Origin: a virus
Length of the DNA: 64,000 nt
Reading direction: 5' to 3' (one strand)
IMG/VR virus record: IMGVR_UViG_3300046804_001245
Location: 32,001-96,000 of that record
Shown one piece after another: positions 18,940 to 28,054 of this stretch. The position numbers were made by a program, and so were the translations under genes. The notes below the pieces were generated by a model. It did no database searches. It had not been told where the DNA came from and worked only from the letters and a program-made list of their open reading frames with translations. Position 1 is the stretch's first letter; each line of letters opens with the position of its first letter.

Positions 18940-19425
18940 ATGCAAACATTTTTACCAGAGGCGGACTTTGCAAAGACTGCTAAACATTTAGATCGTAAGC
19001 GTCTTATTAAGCAAAGCGTAGAAAATCTTCAGGTCCTCAAGTCTCTTGCAGGATATTATAATGAATCAGGCGCATGGGTGAATCATCCAGCCGTCAAAAT
19101 GTGGGAGGGCCATGAAGATTGGCTGTTCCTATACAATGAAGCCATCGTAAAAGAAATCATTATGCGTGGCTATAAGAATAGTACACGAGATACATTCGAC
19201 CAGATCTATCAGGAAAATTTCCTTATGCTGGAATCAGATGAGCCTTGGTGGCTAGGAGATGAGCGTGTACATTATTCTCATAAGGGAAGGTTATACGAAA
19301 AGGACCCAGAAAAGTACTATTTCTATTCGGAGTTTGCGGACTATCGTGAACTAGGGTATACTTGCTGTGAATCTTGCAGTTACTACTGGCCAACTCATGC
19401 GGAGGATACAGATGAATCTAACTAG
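18940..19425 (+). CDS. pyrimidine-dimer DNA glycosylase / endonuclease V-like
   Basis: MQTFLP..F..TA..LD.KRL.KQ.VE..Q, W.NHPAVKMWEG, PWWLGDE.VH.SH. Confidence 0.85.
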   Translation: MQTFLPEADFAKTAKHLDRKRLIKQSVENLQVLKSLAGYYNESGAWVNHPAVKMWEGHEDWLFLYNEAIVKEIIMRGYKNSTRDTFDQIYQENFLMLESDEPWWLGDERVHYSHKGRLYEKDPEKYYFYSEFADYRELGYTCCESCSYYWPTHAEDTDESN

Positions 19426-19714
19426 TGAAACCTTTAGTAAAGCTTTAAATGACAACAAGATACTGATTGTAGATTTTTGGGCGGATTGGTGTGGGCCTTG
19501 TTTAAAGGTTGCTCCAATATTAGATGAGATAGCAAGTGAGTACAATGTATCAATTGCTAAAGTTCATGTAGATGAACAACAAGATTTGGCTACAAAGTAC
19601 GACATATCTACAATACCAACATTAATGGTATTTGAAAATGGAGTACCAGTCAAAAAAGTGGTTGGCGCACAGCCTAAACACAAACTCGTGAAAGAGTTTG
19701 AAGGATGGATATAA
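19412..19714 (+). CDS. trxA: thioredoxin
   Basis: VDFWADWCGPC, IPTL. Confidence 0.95.
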   Translation: MNLTSETFSKALNDNKILIVDFWADWCGPCLKVAPILDEIASEYNVSIAKVHVDEQQDLATKYDISTIPTLMVFENGVPVKKVVGAQPKHKLVKEFEGWI

Positions 19715-19938
19715 CATTTAGTGAATGGATGACATACGGGATTGAAAAAGGTTGGTGCGGACCCCCAGTATGTTATACCCATGACGGACTACCAATGTCT
19801 GAGCAAGAGTTTGCAGAGTTTGATGAAGGTCAAGATCCTTGCATGCATATTGTTCGAATGTACGAAGACATTGAGATGAAACAAAGTATAGAGGATAACC
19901 ATTCCCCATCAAATTGGCGGAATTCGTACATAAAATAG
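19705..19938 (+). CDS. hypothetical protein
   Basis: GWCGPPVCYTHDGLP..DPCMH.VR, 77 aa. Confidence 0.7.
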   Translation: MDITFSEWMTYGIEKGWCGPPVCYTHDGLPMSEQEFAEFDEGQDPCMHIVRMYEDIEMKQSIEDNHSPSNWRNSYIK

Positions 19939-19984
19939 ATTTCTGGTCTACAATGGGTCAGAATAAAAAAGGAGAAAAAATTAA

Positions 19985-21136
19985 ATGAAATCATTTAAGA
20001 AAATAGCTCTCGCCATGGTTGCAGCCATGACACTGGGCACCCTTGGAGTGGCACCTGCAAATGCCGCCCCTATGACAGTTGCTTTGACTGTTAATGGTAG
20101 CGCCCCTGCAACAGCGGGAACAGCCACAACAACTGCTGTGGAGCTTCCAGTTCCATCAGATAATTCTGTTGATGCTGCTGATGCTCTAAAGTTTGTAGTT
20201 ACAGTAGATACAGGTACAGCCGTTGCGGTTTCTGCAACAAATGCCTCTATCGTACTCGCAACAGCAACTGCTGCTGCTCCAGTAACTGCTGCTAGTGGAT
20301 CTGCTTCAACAACAATTGCAACTGGAACAGGAACAACTGCTACATTCTTTGTTTTTACAAAGACCACCGCAGTAGGAACTGTTTCCATTACAAACCAAGG
20401 TGAAACTAAGGTTTATTATGTACAAGGTGCAGTCGGAAAGATCAATGATATTTCAGTATCTGGTCTTGACGTCGGTGCTTCTGGTACACAGGTGACGCTA
20501 ACAGTTACCGCTAAGGATGTATTCGGTAATAAGGTTTCTGGAAAGTCAATTACAGCAGTAGTTGCTAACGGAACTCTTGATACGACAACTGCCACAACTG
20601 GCACTGGTCTAGCAGACTTTGGTGCCCGTGATTTTAAGGTTACACTTCCAACCAATGGTTCGGCTGCTGTAATTTTTTCAGTCACAAACTCTGCTGATTT
20701 GGCAACTGCTGTAACTGGTTTTAATACCGTTACTTCATCTGTTGCAAAGAATATTGCAGTTCGTGACCTTGCTGCAGAACTTACTGCTGCGCTTGCTGCC
20801 AAGGCTACTGCTGAGGCTGCTTTAGCAACAGAGAAGTCTGCTCGTGCTGCCGACGCTGCTGCTGCTGCAACTGCTGCTGCAACTGCCAAGGCTACTGCTG
20901 ATGCAGAAATTGCAACACTTAAGGCAGAGGTTGCAACACTTAAGGCTAATGCAGTAACCGCTAAGCTTGCTGCTGATAAAGCCCTATCCGATGCCGTTGC
21001 TGCTAAAGATGCTGAAATTGCAAAATTAAAAGCAGATAACTCTGCTGCTCTTGATGCAATTAAAAAGGCATTCAATGCACTTGCTGCAAAATGGAATAAG
21101 GCTAATCCAAAAGCCAAGGTTGCTCTCGTAAAGTAA
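19985..21136 (+). CDS. secreted Ala/Thr-rich surface (S-layer-like) protein with Ig-like domains and coiled-coil tail
   Basis: Signal peptide MKSFKKIALAMVAAM...ANA, beta-rich core, Ala-rich helical C-terminus; strong RBS, biased codons, own terminator. Confidence 0.75.
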   Translation: MKSFKKIALAMVAAMTLGTLGVAPANAAPMTVALTVNGSAPATAGTATTTAVELPVPSDNSVDAADALKFVVTVDTGTAVAVSATNASIVLATATAAAPVTAASGSASTTIATGTGTTATFFVFTKTTAVGTVSITNQGETKVYYVQGAVGKINDISVSGLDVGASGTQVTLTVTAKDVFGNKVSGKSITAVVANGTLDTTTATTGTGLADFGARDFKVTLPTNGSAAVIFSVTNSADLATAVTGFNTVTSSVAKNIAVRDLAAELTAALAAKATAEAALATEKSARAADAAAAATAAATAKATADAEIATLKAEVATLKANAVTAKLAADKALSDAVAAKDAEIAKLKADNSAALDAIKKAFNALAAKWNKANPKAKVALVK

Positions 21137-21150
21137 TCTAATTAAATACT

Positions 21151-21183
21151 GGGGCAGGACTGAGGTCTTGCCCCTTTATTTTA
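21151..21183 (+). terminator. intrinsic terminator
   Basis: GGGGCAGGAC-TGAG-GTCTTGCCCC then TTTATTTT. Confidence 0.85.
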
Positions 21184-21330
21184 TAAATGATAGAATAATA
21201 TGGTGGAAGAATACTTACAAGAAAAAGTCCGACGGGACATAATAAAAGAAATAAGTAATCTTGAACTTCCAAATGAATGGAAGCCACAACAAGTGATTGA
21301 TTATATAATCAGAAAGATAAATAAAAAATA

Positions 21331-21531
21331 ATGTGGAATAAAATAAAGAATTGGCTACTTCCAAAAGAGGAAGAGTTTAAATATAATGTATTAGTTCAGG
21401 CTGAACCTGAAAGAAAGGTGGTAGTCGTGAAGAAAGCAGCAGCAAAGAAGCCAGCAGCAAAGAAGAAGGCTCCTGCAAAGAAGTCTCCTGCAAAGAAGAC
21501 TGTAAAGAAGTCAACCCCAAAGAAGAAGTAA
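21331..21531 (+). CDS. small protein with histone H1/HupB-like Lys-Ala-Pro tail
   Basis: KKAAAKKPAAKKKAPAKKSPAKKTVKKSTPKKK. Confidence 0.75.
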   Translation: MWNKIKNWLLPKEEEFKYNVLVQAEPERKVVVVKKAAAKKPAAKKKAPAKKSPAKKTVKKSTPKKK

Positions 21532-23134
21532 ATGGGAAAGCACCACGATAAAATAGCGGCATCTCTAGAAATACGCCGTAGGAATCATAAGGGTCCAGGC
21601 GGTAAAGTCCCAGGCTCTATGAATAAAAAGAAGACTGGATATAACCGTGTAAAGGCTAAGAGATCATAGCAATGGAATATGTAGAGATCTGTGAATTGAA
21701 GGGTTGTGAAAACGAGGCAACTCGCATCAGCAGCACAGAAACTAAATATATTTTGATTTGTGACGACTGTTGGCATGAATTGTATAAGAAATGATAGATA
21801 AAATATCGAATATGATCTGGAGGGCTGTAGAAAAACTCTATAGCCTCCCAGACGACCTCTTCGACTTTGAAGATGACGAAAATGATATAATAGATGAATG
21901 AGCGGATTTCTAGACCCGCTTAAATACAACCTATAGGAGATATAAAAATGTCAGACGGAATGAATATGACTGGTTTTAACCAGACAGGAGAGCAATCAGG
22001 ATCGAATAATATCGATGCCAAGTACGCTCCAAACCCAGCTTCAGCTTTTCCAGCTAAAGATGTATCAAACCAAGCAACAGCACAAGGCCCAAAGTAATAT
22101 GTGCGTTGAATGTGGATGCGAAAACGTCGGTAGCCAAACAGGAATGGCAAAGATTCCTGGCGGTATGCTAGATGTTACAAGGGATGGAGAAGCAGGTCTT
22201 ACCCTAAATATGACTGCAACCCCAGAACAAAGAGAAAGATTTATTAATGAATAATGGTACAGGAATGGAGACTCCTCCAAACAGCCAACCATCAGGTGCT
22301 GTAACTTCTCAAGAAGCAACGAGGAAAAATCCAAGTCAAGGTAGATTTAAGTCTGGAATCCAGGATAAGAGAACTATGAAAATAGATCGCAATCGTCATG
22401 GTATCCGCAGAGAAACTACCGTAGGTCCGAAGAAAAGCAGACCTAAGAAAGTATAAAGGATTCCCCCGCTAATGGCCTTTGGTTGTGGTGGGGGAACTTA
22501 TTATGTGTAAAGAATGTGGTAATTGTAGCAAAGAGCACGATAAAACAATCGATGACTCTATAGATGTAACGGAAGCGTTAGGTTTATAATGGATTTGCAG
22601 GCGGCAGAAACAGCTCACAAAAGAGATGATAAGGCGGAAGTAAAAAAGGATTGGGCATGTCCTTGTAATGGATGTGCAAAGGCGGTAAAGCAAGAGCGGA
22701 AAAGAATATTAGATGAACTTGATAAAATAGATACAGTTAAACTTAATGGATTAGGAATGAAGATCCTAGTTCAAGAAATGCTTACCGCAGGGAATAAAAA
22801 GAAATGAAAAAATATCTATTTAGATGTAAGACATGCAATACTATTATGTCCATTGAAACAGAGCTTGAAGATAGCAAAATTCATTTAGTTCCACCATGTC
22901 CATGCGGAAAGTCAAGAATGGACTGGCTGGGCTCGGATGCATACAAATACGGCGTGTAGACACGTCTACGAAATTATAGGAGAGCCTATCTGCCCAGATT
23001 GCGGTAGAGATACTCACGAGACAGATGGGGCCCTCCACGCCCGTTTATTCAAGGAGTACTACGACTCAGACGCACCTAAAGCCTACAAATGCCCAATAGA
23101 AGGCGGCACAATACGTGGCTGGTGGTCTATTTAA
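21532..23134 (+). other. run of about 10 very small ORFs, many with Cys pairs
   Basis: e.g. 21532..21669, 21948..22097, 22099..22254, 22247..22456, 22589..22807, 22937..23134. Confidence 0.6.
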
Positions 23135-23214
23135 CTATTGACCTATCCTAATATATATTATATACTACTCAATACGCTCAAAAGTGAAGCGGCAAGTGCG
23201 GCGAAAGAGAGAAC

Positions 23215-23694
23215 ATGTTCGATTATAAATCGGCAATGGAATCGGGCCATGCCTTCAATAAGATCGTCGCTATGCGACTAGAATCAGAAGGAATATCGGC
23301 GGAAGTTCCAGAGTTCTCATTTGCTCAATCAAAGGAAGAAATAAAGGACTATACTCTCAACGATAAGGATGTAATTGTCGGAGATAATGTCATTGAGGTC
23401 AAGAGTCGTAATCTTTCATTTAGCGATAACCCAGATTCATTTCCATATGATGATTTGATCATAGATACAGTTTCAGGATATGAGGCAAAAGATCCAAAGC
23501 CAATTGCCTATGTTATGGTTAGTCAGGTAACAGGTGGCATGTTTATATTTCCTACAGCCTTTGCCAAATCTTGGCGGGTGGAGAGAAAATATGACAGATA
23601 TCGCAAGCATGAGGATAATTTCTATTTAGCTCCAAAAGAATTGGCTAGGCCTTTTAGTCAACTAGTAAATAAATTAAGGGATACAAATGTCTAA
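23215..23694 (+). CDS. PD-(D/E)XK family nuclease-like protein
   Basis: DKDVIVGDNVIEVKSR motif. Confidence 0.6.
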   Translation: MFDYKSAMESGHAFNKIVAMRLESEGISAEVPEFSFAQSKEEIKDYTLNDKDVIVGDNVIEVKSRNLSFSDNPDSFPYDDLIIDTVSGYEAKDPKPIAYVMVSQVTGGMFIFPTAFAKSWRVERKYDRYRKHEDNFYLAPKELARPFSQLVNKLRDTNV

Positions 23695-23817
23695 GTGGAT
23701 GTGGTATGACTTTTTCGGACGAGAATGGCAGGGATTTTGCGCTTCCTGTCGTAAAGAGCTTTTTGCGCCCACTAGGGCAGATTTTATAACCAATCGGTTA
23801 TATCATACGAGAAATGA

Positions 23818-24225
23818 ATGTGGAGGCGGATATTGAGAAACTTTCTTGATGATTCGATTGTAGAGCATAAATCAAGACCACCTTTGCGATGGATCGCAAA
23901 TTGGGCGGGATCAATAGCGTCCAAGAATATGCTAGAGCTATCCTATATGGAAGATGAAGGCTTAGATAAAGGATTTAGATATAAGTATTATGGATGGCTA
24001 TGGGATACATTCTGGCCAATCTACAGCAAATACGGAACCTTCTATAGGTTAAATATGGACATGTCTGGTCCTGGCTGGGATGACTATGATGAGAATGGAG
24101 TTCCATACTGGGAAAAGACTGGGACGGTAGACCCAGATTATGACTATGATGAATTTCACTGGGACTATATCGATGAAGAGACAGGCGATGCATTTAAGGT
24201 AATAAATTTTGGCGGGAAAGAATGA
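23818..24225 (+). CDS. hypothetical Trp/acidic-rich protein
   Basis: 135 aa ORF; start uncertain. Confidence 0.6.
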   Translation: MWRRILRNFLDDSIVEHKSRPPLRWIANWAGSIASKNMLELSYMEDEGLDKGFRYKYYGWLWDTFWPIYSKYGTFYRLNMDMSGPGWDDYDENGVPYWEKTGTVDPDYDYDEFHWDYIDEETGDAFKVINFGGKE

Positions 24226-24277
24226 AATACGCCCTATTAATCCTCCTAGCTATATTCATTATCCTTAATTACTTTGC

Positions 24278-24568
24278 ATGGCTACAACAATGAGTTATCC
24301 ATTACCCAAAGATCCCCAAATTGCTGCTTACTTACAGCATCTGAAAGAGAGAGATATTAAGCAGGCTTCAGTATGTGAATATTGTAAATCTCAGTCAACT
24401 GGAATAAATTCGGACGGGTACAGAATAATCTTCGTCTGTAATAATCACTATATACCAGATAACCCTAATGTAGTACATAGAGTATATCCACAGGGTTTGC
24501 CAGTAAATCCAGATATGATGGATCCAAATATAGGTGGTAGCTTTGTCCCAAAAAATTCACCAGAATAA
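24278..24568 (+). CDS. hypothetical protein
   Basis: CEYC...CNNH; last plus-strand gene before the convergence region. Confidence 0.6.
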   Translation: MATTMSYPLPKDPQIAAYLQHLKERDIKQASVCEYCKSQSTGINSDGYRIIFVCNNHYIPDNPNVVHRVYPQGLPVNPDMMDPNIGGSFVPKNSPE

Positions 24569-24633
24569 GACCTAACATCTCCTATTCCCCCCACCTTTTC
24601 AGAGCCTATAAAGGCTATTCTAGCCCTTTTATA

Positions 24634-24669
24634 GTGGTGTATAGTGGAGCATTGTGGAGCAAAGTGGTT
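24634..24669 (+). repeat. 4 x GTGGWG-type direct repeat, 10 bp period (MraZ-box-like)
   Basis: GTGGTG-tata-GTGGAG-catt-GTGGAG-caaa-GTGGTT. Confidence 0.65.
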
Positions 24670-25030
24670 ATCATATAATAACGAAATGTTATTGTATTAT
24701 ATTTAAATTGATATATGAGTAATTGAACCCCATTTATCATATGGTCGTAATGTTGTCAATAGCGCATATGTTCCAGGATTTGTCAATAGCTCTCGTAAAT
24801 AGGCGATTTCGCCCACAAATACGAGATAAATTTTGACAGATTTTGGATTAAATTGGATCTATTTTGATCTATTATTATAACATTTTGTTATATTCTTTGA
24901 GATATTGATCAAACTTTGAGGGATTTTCTACATGTTCTCGTAAAAGCGCATTCTTGCCCGCTTTTATTTAACACAAAAGGGGCAAATCGGACATATAGTC
25001 CAATTCACCCCAATGGTGTATTATGTTTAT

Positions 25031-25249
25031 TTAGTTGCGATATTGCGCTGTATGAGTTTCACGATGTAATTCATTTTCTTTATCGTGATATTTCTTGATA
25101 TAACTAATTAGTTCAATTAGTCTTGCTTGTGTATATGGTGGATATGTTGTTGTTATGATATTAGCAAATAATGCTGGATGAAAATGGTGGTCATTTAGGA
25201 TTTCTTCTAATTGGTCGATTACTTTGTCTACTTTTGTCCGCCGTCTCAT
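25031..25249 (-). CDS. hypothetical protein
   Basis: 72 aa; GAAAGG RBS; AGTCAG-N10-TATACT promoter at 25274-25295. Confidence 0.7.
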   Translation of the reverse strand: MRRRTKVDKVIDQLEEILNDHHFHPALFANIITTTYPPYTQARLIELISYIKKYHDKENELHRETHTAQYRN

Positions 25250-25323
25250 TGTTCCGCCTTTCTATTTTGTGAGAGTATATCATAAAGGGCTGACTTGCGC
25301 CAGCCCTTGTCTGATCTATTTAT

Positions 25324-25470
25324 TTAGTTCTTTGCTTGCTTGGTCTCAGCAGAAAACTTTACGCCATTCTTTTCCGCCTCTGACAGGGCCTGCTTAGCTG
25401 CAGCTGAGAAACGGCCACGGCGGCCAACAGTAATTCCCTTGCTTGCTAGATATTCACGCTTTGTTGTCAT
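25324..25470 (-). CDS. Lsr2-like DNA-binding domain, stand-alone (48 aa, not in ORF track)
   Basis: MTTKREYLASKGITVGRRGRFSAAAKQA..., resembles the Lsr2 C-terminal REWA..G..V..RGR AT-hook; GAAAGGA RBS. Confidence 0.7.
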   Translation of the reverse strand: MTTKREYLASKGITVGRRGRFSAAAKQALSEAEKNGVKFSAETKQAKN

Positions 25471-25567
25471 TTTGTCTATCCTTTCATGATAGGTATATAT
25501 TTTATCAGGTATCCACGAATTTGTAAATACCCCCGTAAAAGGGCCTTTGGCCCCGCATTCTCGCAGC

Positions 25568-25825
25568 CTAGTCGGATATGTCCGATTTGTCCACTACGAT
25601 AATATCATTAGACATGGATGGATATCCATCTTCTAACAAATCTGTTGTATCTCCTTCAAGCTCGTTATCTACATAATGAACCTGAATTGTAGAATCAGTT
25701 TCTATTTGGATCCAAGAATGTGTTGCGGCATTGGAGGCAATATCCCATGCCTCCTCCGCATTTGCCGCTTCCACATCAATATAGTATTCAATTAGTTTAT
25801 CTCCGAAGACTCTATGCTTGCTCAT
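25568..25825 (-). CDS. hypothetical protein
   Basis: 85 aa, YYIDVEAANAEEAW. Confidence 0.7.
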   Translation of the reverse strand: MSKHRVFGDKLIEYYIDVEAANAEEAWDIASNAATHSWIQIETDSTIQVHYVDNELEGDTTDLLEDGYPSMSNDIIVVDKSDISD

Positions 25826-26213
25826 TTAGCCACCCGTCCTCATCCAGGGATACAAGGAAGTCGTTATCCCTCATCCAATCTCTGATTACCTCTTCCAGGA
25901 TTTCGCCGCCGTGGTCCATATTAATACCAAGACCGTCGACATCATCCCAGAACTTATCCCAGATTTGTTTAAGAGTTACGCCAGTTGGCACAGCCTCGTC
26001 AACATAGTCATTAACAGCAAGGTCTTCATACTTACAATTGTCGTAGATGTCCTTGATTATATCAAATGTCCATGCCCACAACAATGAGGGAAATGCGGCA
26101 ACATCAGACAATAATCTGTTAATCTCCAGCATTTGATTGTATACGTCGTCCCTACGTGTTTGGTCCTGTAGATCTAATTGTGCTTTATGCACATCTAATG
26201 ATTCAATTTGCAT
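25812..26213 (-). CDS. hypothetical protein
   Basis: Start MQIES after AACGAAAGGA. Confidence 0.7.
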   Translation of the reverse strand: MQIESLDVHKAQLDLQDQTRRDDVYNQMLEINRLLSDVAAFPSLLWAWTFDIIKDIYDNCKYEDLAVNDYVDEAVPTGVTLKQIWDKFWDDVDGLGINMDHGGEILEEVIRDWMRDNDFLVSLDEDGWLNEQA

Positions 26214-26481
26214 TCTTGGTCCTTTCGTTAATTGCAAATGCTAATGCATATGTCATTTGGTAAATATGTGTGAGAGCGTCCATTTGGCCCTCCCAGTATT
26301 TCCGCTCCATAGATTCCATGGCGTCGGAATAATCATTCTCTTCCTCAATACGCTGTGCTTCCTCCAGTTCACGCTCTGCGTCTAGCATGAGGACCTTTAG
26401 GTGCCCGTGCAAGATATCGGTGCCAGAAGACCCAGCGTCGACCTGCTTCTGCAGATATGGGTCCAGTTCTAATGTGTTCAT
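26203..26481 (-). CDS. hypothetical protein
   Basis: 92 aa, YWEGQMDAL. Confidence 0.7.
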   Translation of the reverse strand: MNTLELDPYLQKQVDAGSSGTDILHGHLKVLMLDAERELEEAQRIEEENDYSDAMESMERKYWEGQMDALTHIYQMTYALAFAINERTKNAN

Positions 26482-26696
26482 AGTATTTCCTCCACGTATT
26501 CAAGGATGTGAATTGTAGCAGAAACTTGGCCGCTTGTATAGTTATACTCAAAGTCTAATTCAGCATAATCTTTTGAGGCGGGGTCCAAGGAATCCATACG
26601 AGTAGACAACTGAGACAAATCCTCATTCAAAGATTGTATATGTAATTGAAGATAAGTAACTAATTGGGTCTTCCTATTTATATATTCAGTTTCCAT
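26478..26696 (-). CDS. hypothetical protein
   Basis: 72 aa, AGGAG RBS. Confidence 0.65.
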   Translation of the reverse strand: METEYINRKTQLVTYLQLHIQSLNEDLSQLSTRMDSLDPASKDYAELDFEYNYTSGQVSATIHILEYVEEIL

Positions 26697-26773
26697 TTCT
26701 CTCCTCTATACATTTAAAACAAATCTCTTTGTTGTTTACCGATACGGTAATTACTTTATAGTCATAACAGATA

Positions 26774-26998
26774 TTACACATTGAAGTAGAATTCATCTCC
26801 CTCATTTAAATTATAAAACTCATTGAATTTATTCTTCAGCAAAGGGTCATCATACAATTGGATTAATTTCCAATCTGCATACATGGTTCCCTCATCTAAA
26901 TTGGACTGATTAAATTGGTCAAACAGTTCCATTGCTACAGCATGAATAATTTCACCTGTATCTGCTTCAGTCATATCGTCAAATACCGAGTGTTGCAT
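26774..26998 (-). CDS. hypothetical protein
   Basis: 74 aa; TGTCAG-N10-TATACT promoter at 27042-27063 inside the upstream gene. Confidence 0.65.
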   Translation of the reverse strand: MQHSVFDDMTEADTGEIIHAVAMELFDQFNQSNLDEGTMYADWKLIQLYDDPLLKNKFNEFYNLNEGDEFYFNV

Positions 26999-27771
26999 TA
27001 TGCTTTCTCCATTCTATATTCAGGTACGTGGTCGGAATCCAAGTATACTTTATGGGTCTGACATTCTTTGACATTATCTAGGTCTGCCTCCCCAAGCCAA
27101 TTACAAGCAGAGCAGATTTCTCCACAATCATTATCGCAATATTCCATTGTATTATCTGAATCACAATCACGACATTTGTTCTCATACTCTGAGATAGATA
27201 TAACTTCTCCACGAAGTAATTCCATTTCTCCGCCCCAACCTGTTTCTTCCTCATAAGATAGAGTTAGCAATAAACTAGGATATTGTGCAGATAATTTTTG
27301 GAGGGCAGGAACAGGAGGAGACCAAGCAGTATTAAAGTTATAATAAACTACTAAGTTCTCTCCATTTTCAGTAGGCCCTTCCATATATGTATCTGAATAT
27401 TCTTTATTATCAGATATAGCCACATCCCATTTTGTTCCCCAATTAGTTATATTCCATGAATACCAAGACTTATCTTCTAATCTAAGTTTTTCAGTATCAT
27501 TCCACCAATTAGGGTCAGATACATCTAATTCAGAACGAGTTGGTTGTGCAACATATTCTAAATCAGTTATACCTGCTTGGCGGTGGTTATAGATATTATA
27601 AAAAGCAAAGACAGGATTAGGATATGTAGTCTGAGATACTTCCATATTTCCAGTAGTTTTATTCCATGAATCATGTAACATGACGAATGGTTTATTCATT
27701 TGTTTTACAAGGTCATTTACCAATTCAGGAGAACCTTCAATTGTAAGACCGTTATAGCACCAATTTGGCAT
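26998..27771 (-). CDS. YubB/Api92-like ferredoxin-fold protein
   Basis: MPNWCYNGL, W...NWGTKWD, FNTAWSPP, YEEE; start corrected to the ATG after GAACGAAAGGAA. Confidence 0.75.
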   Translation of the reverse strand: MPNWCYNGLTIEGSPELVNDLVKQMNKPFVMLHDSWNKTTGNMEVSQTTYPNPVFAFYNIYNHRQAGITDLEYVAQPTRSELDVSDPNWWNDTEKLRLEDKSWYSWNITNWGTKWDVAISDNKEYSDTYMEGPTENGENLVVYYNFNTAWSPPVPALQKLSAQYPSLLLTLSYEEETGWGGEMELLRGEVISISEYENKCRDCDSDNTMEYCDNDCGEICSACNWLGEADLDNVKECQTHKVYLDSDHVPEYRMEKA

Positions 27772-27902
27772 TATATATTCCTTTCGTTCGGTTGAATGGT
27801 CCAATTATACAATGCCCCACCGACATTTGACAATATCCCCCAAGTTTCGGGAAATTACATTAGATCTCGTAACAGAGCTATATGGTCCTCAGGCATGCGG
27901 GC

Positions 27903-28047
27903 AAAAGCAAATCCCCCAGGAACCAACTGGGGGATATTGACACGTAGGGCTGCTAGTCAAACGAAAGGAATTAAGTAAACACTGCTTTACTTAGCGACTT
28001 GGGGAATCCCTATAGCCGCACCCTACATTTAAATGGGCCTAAGCCGT
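27903..28047 (-). ncRNA. candidate sRNA with anti-leader seed UUCCUUUCGUUUG
   Basis: TGgTATAAT at 28054-28062, closing stem GTAGGGTGC/GCAGCCCTAC, internal hairpins, terminator ATCCCCCAG/CTGGGGGAT plus TTGCTTTT. Confidence 0.65.
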
Positions 28048-28054
28048 AGATTAA

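Noticed and set aside
19981-21117. Long antisense ORFs 19981..20388 and 20416..21117
   Set aside because: Shadow frames of the Ala/Thr-rich plus-strand gene; no RBS or protein-like features.
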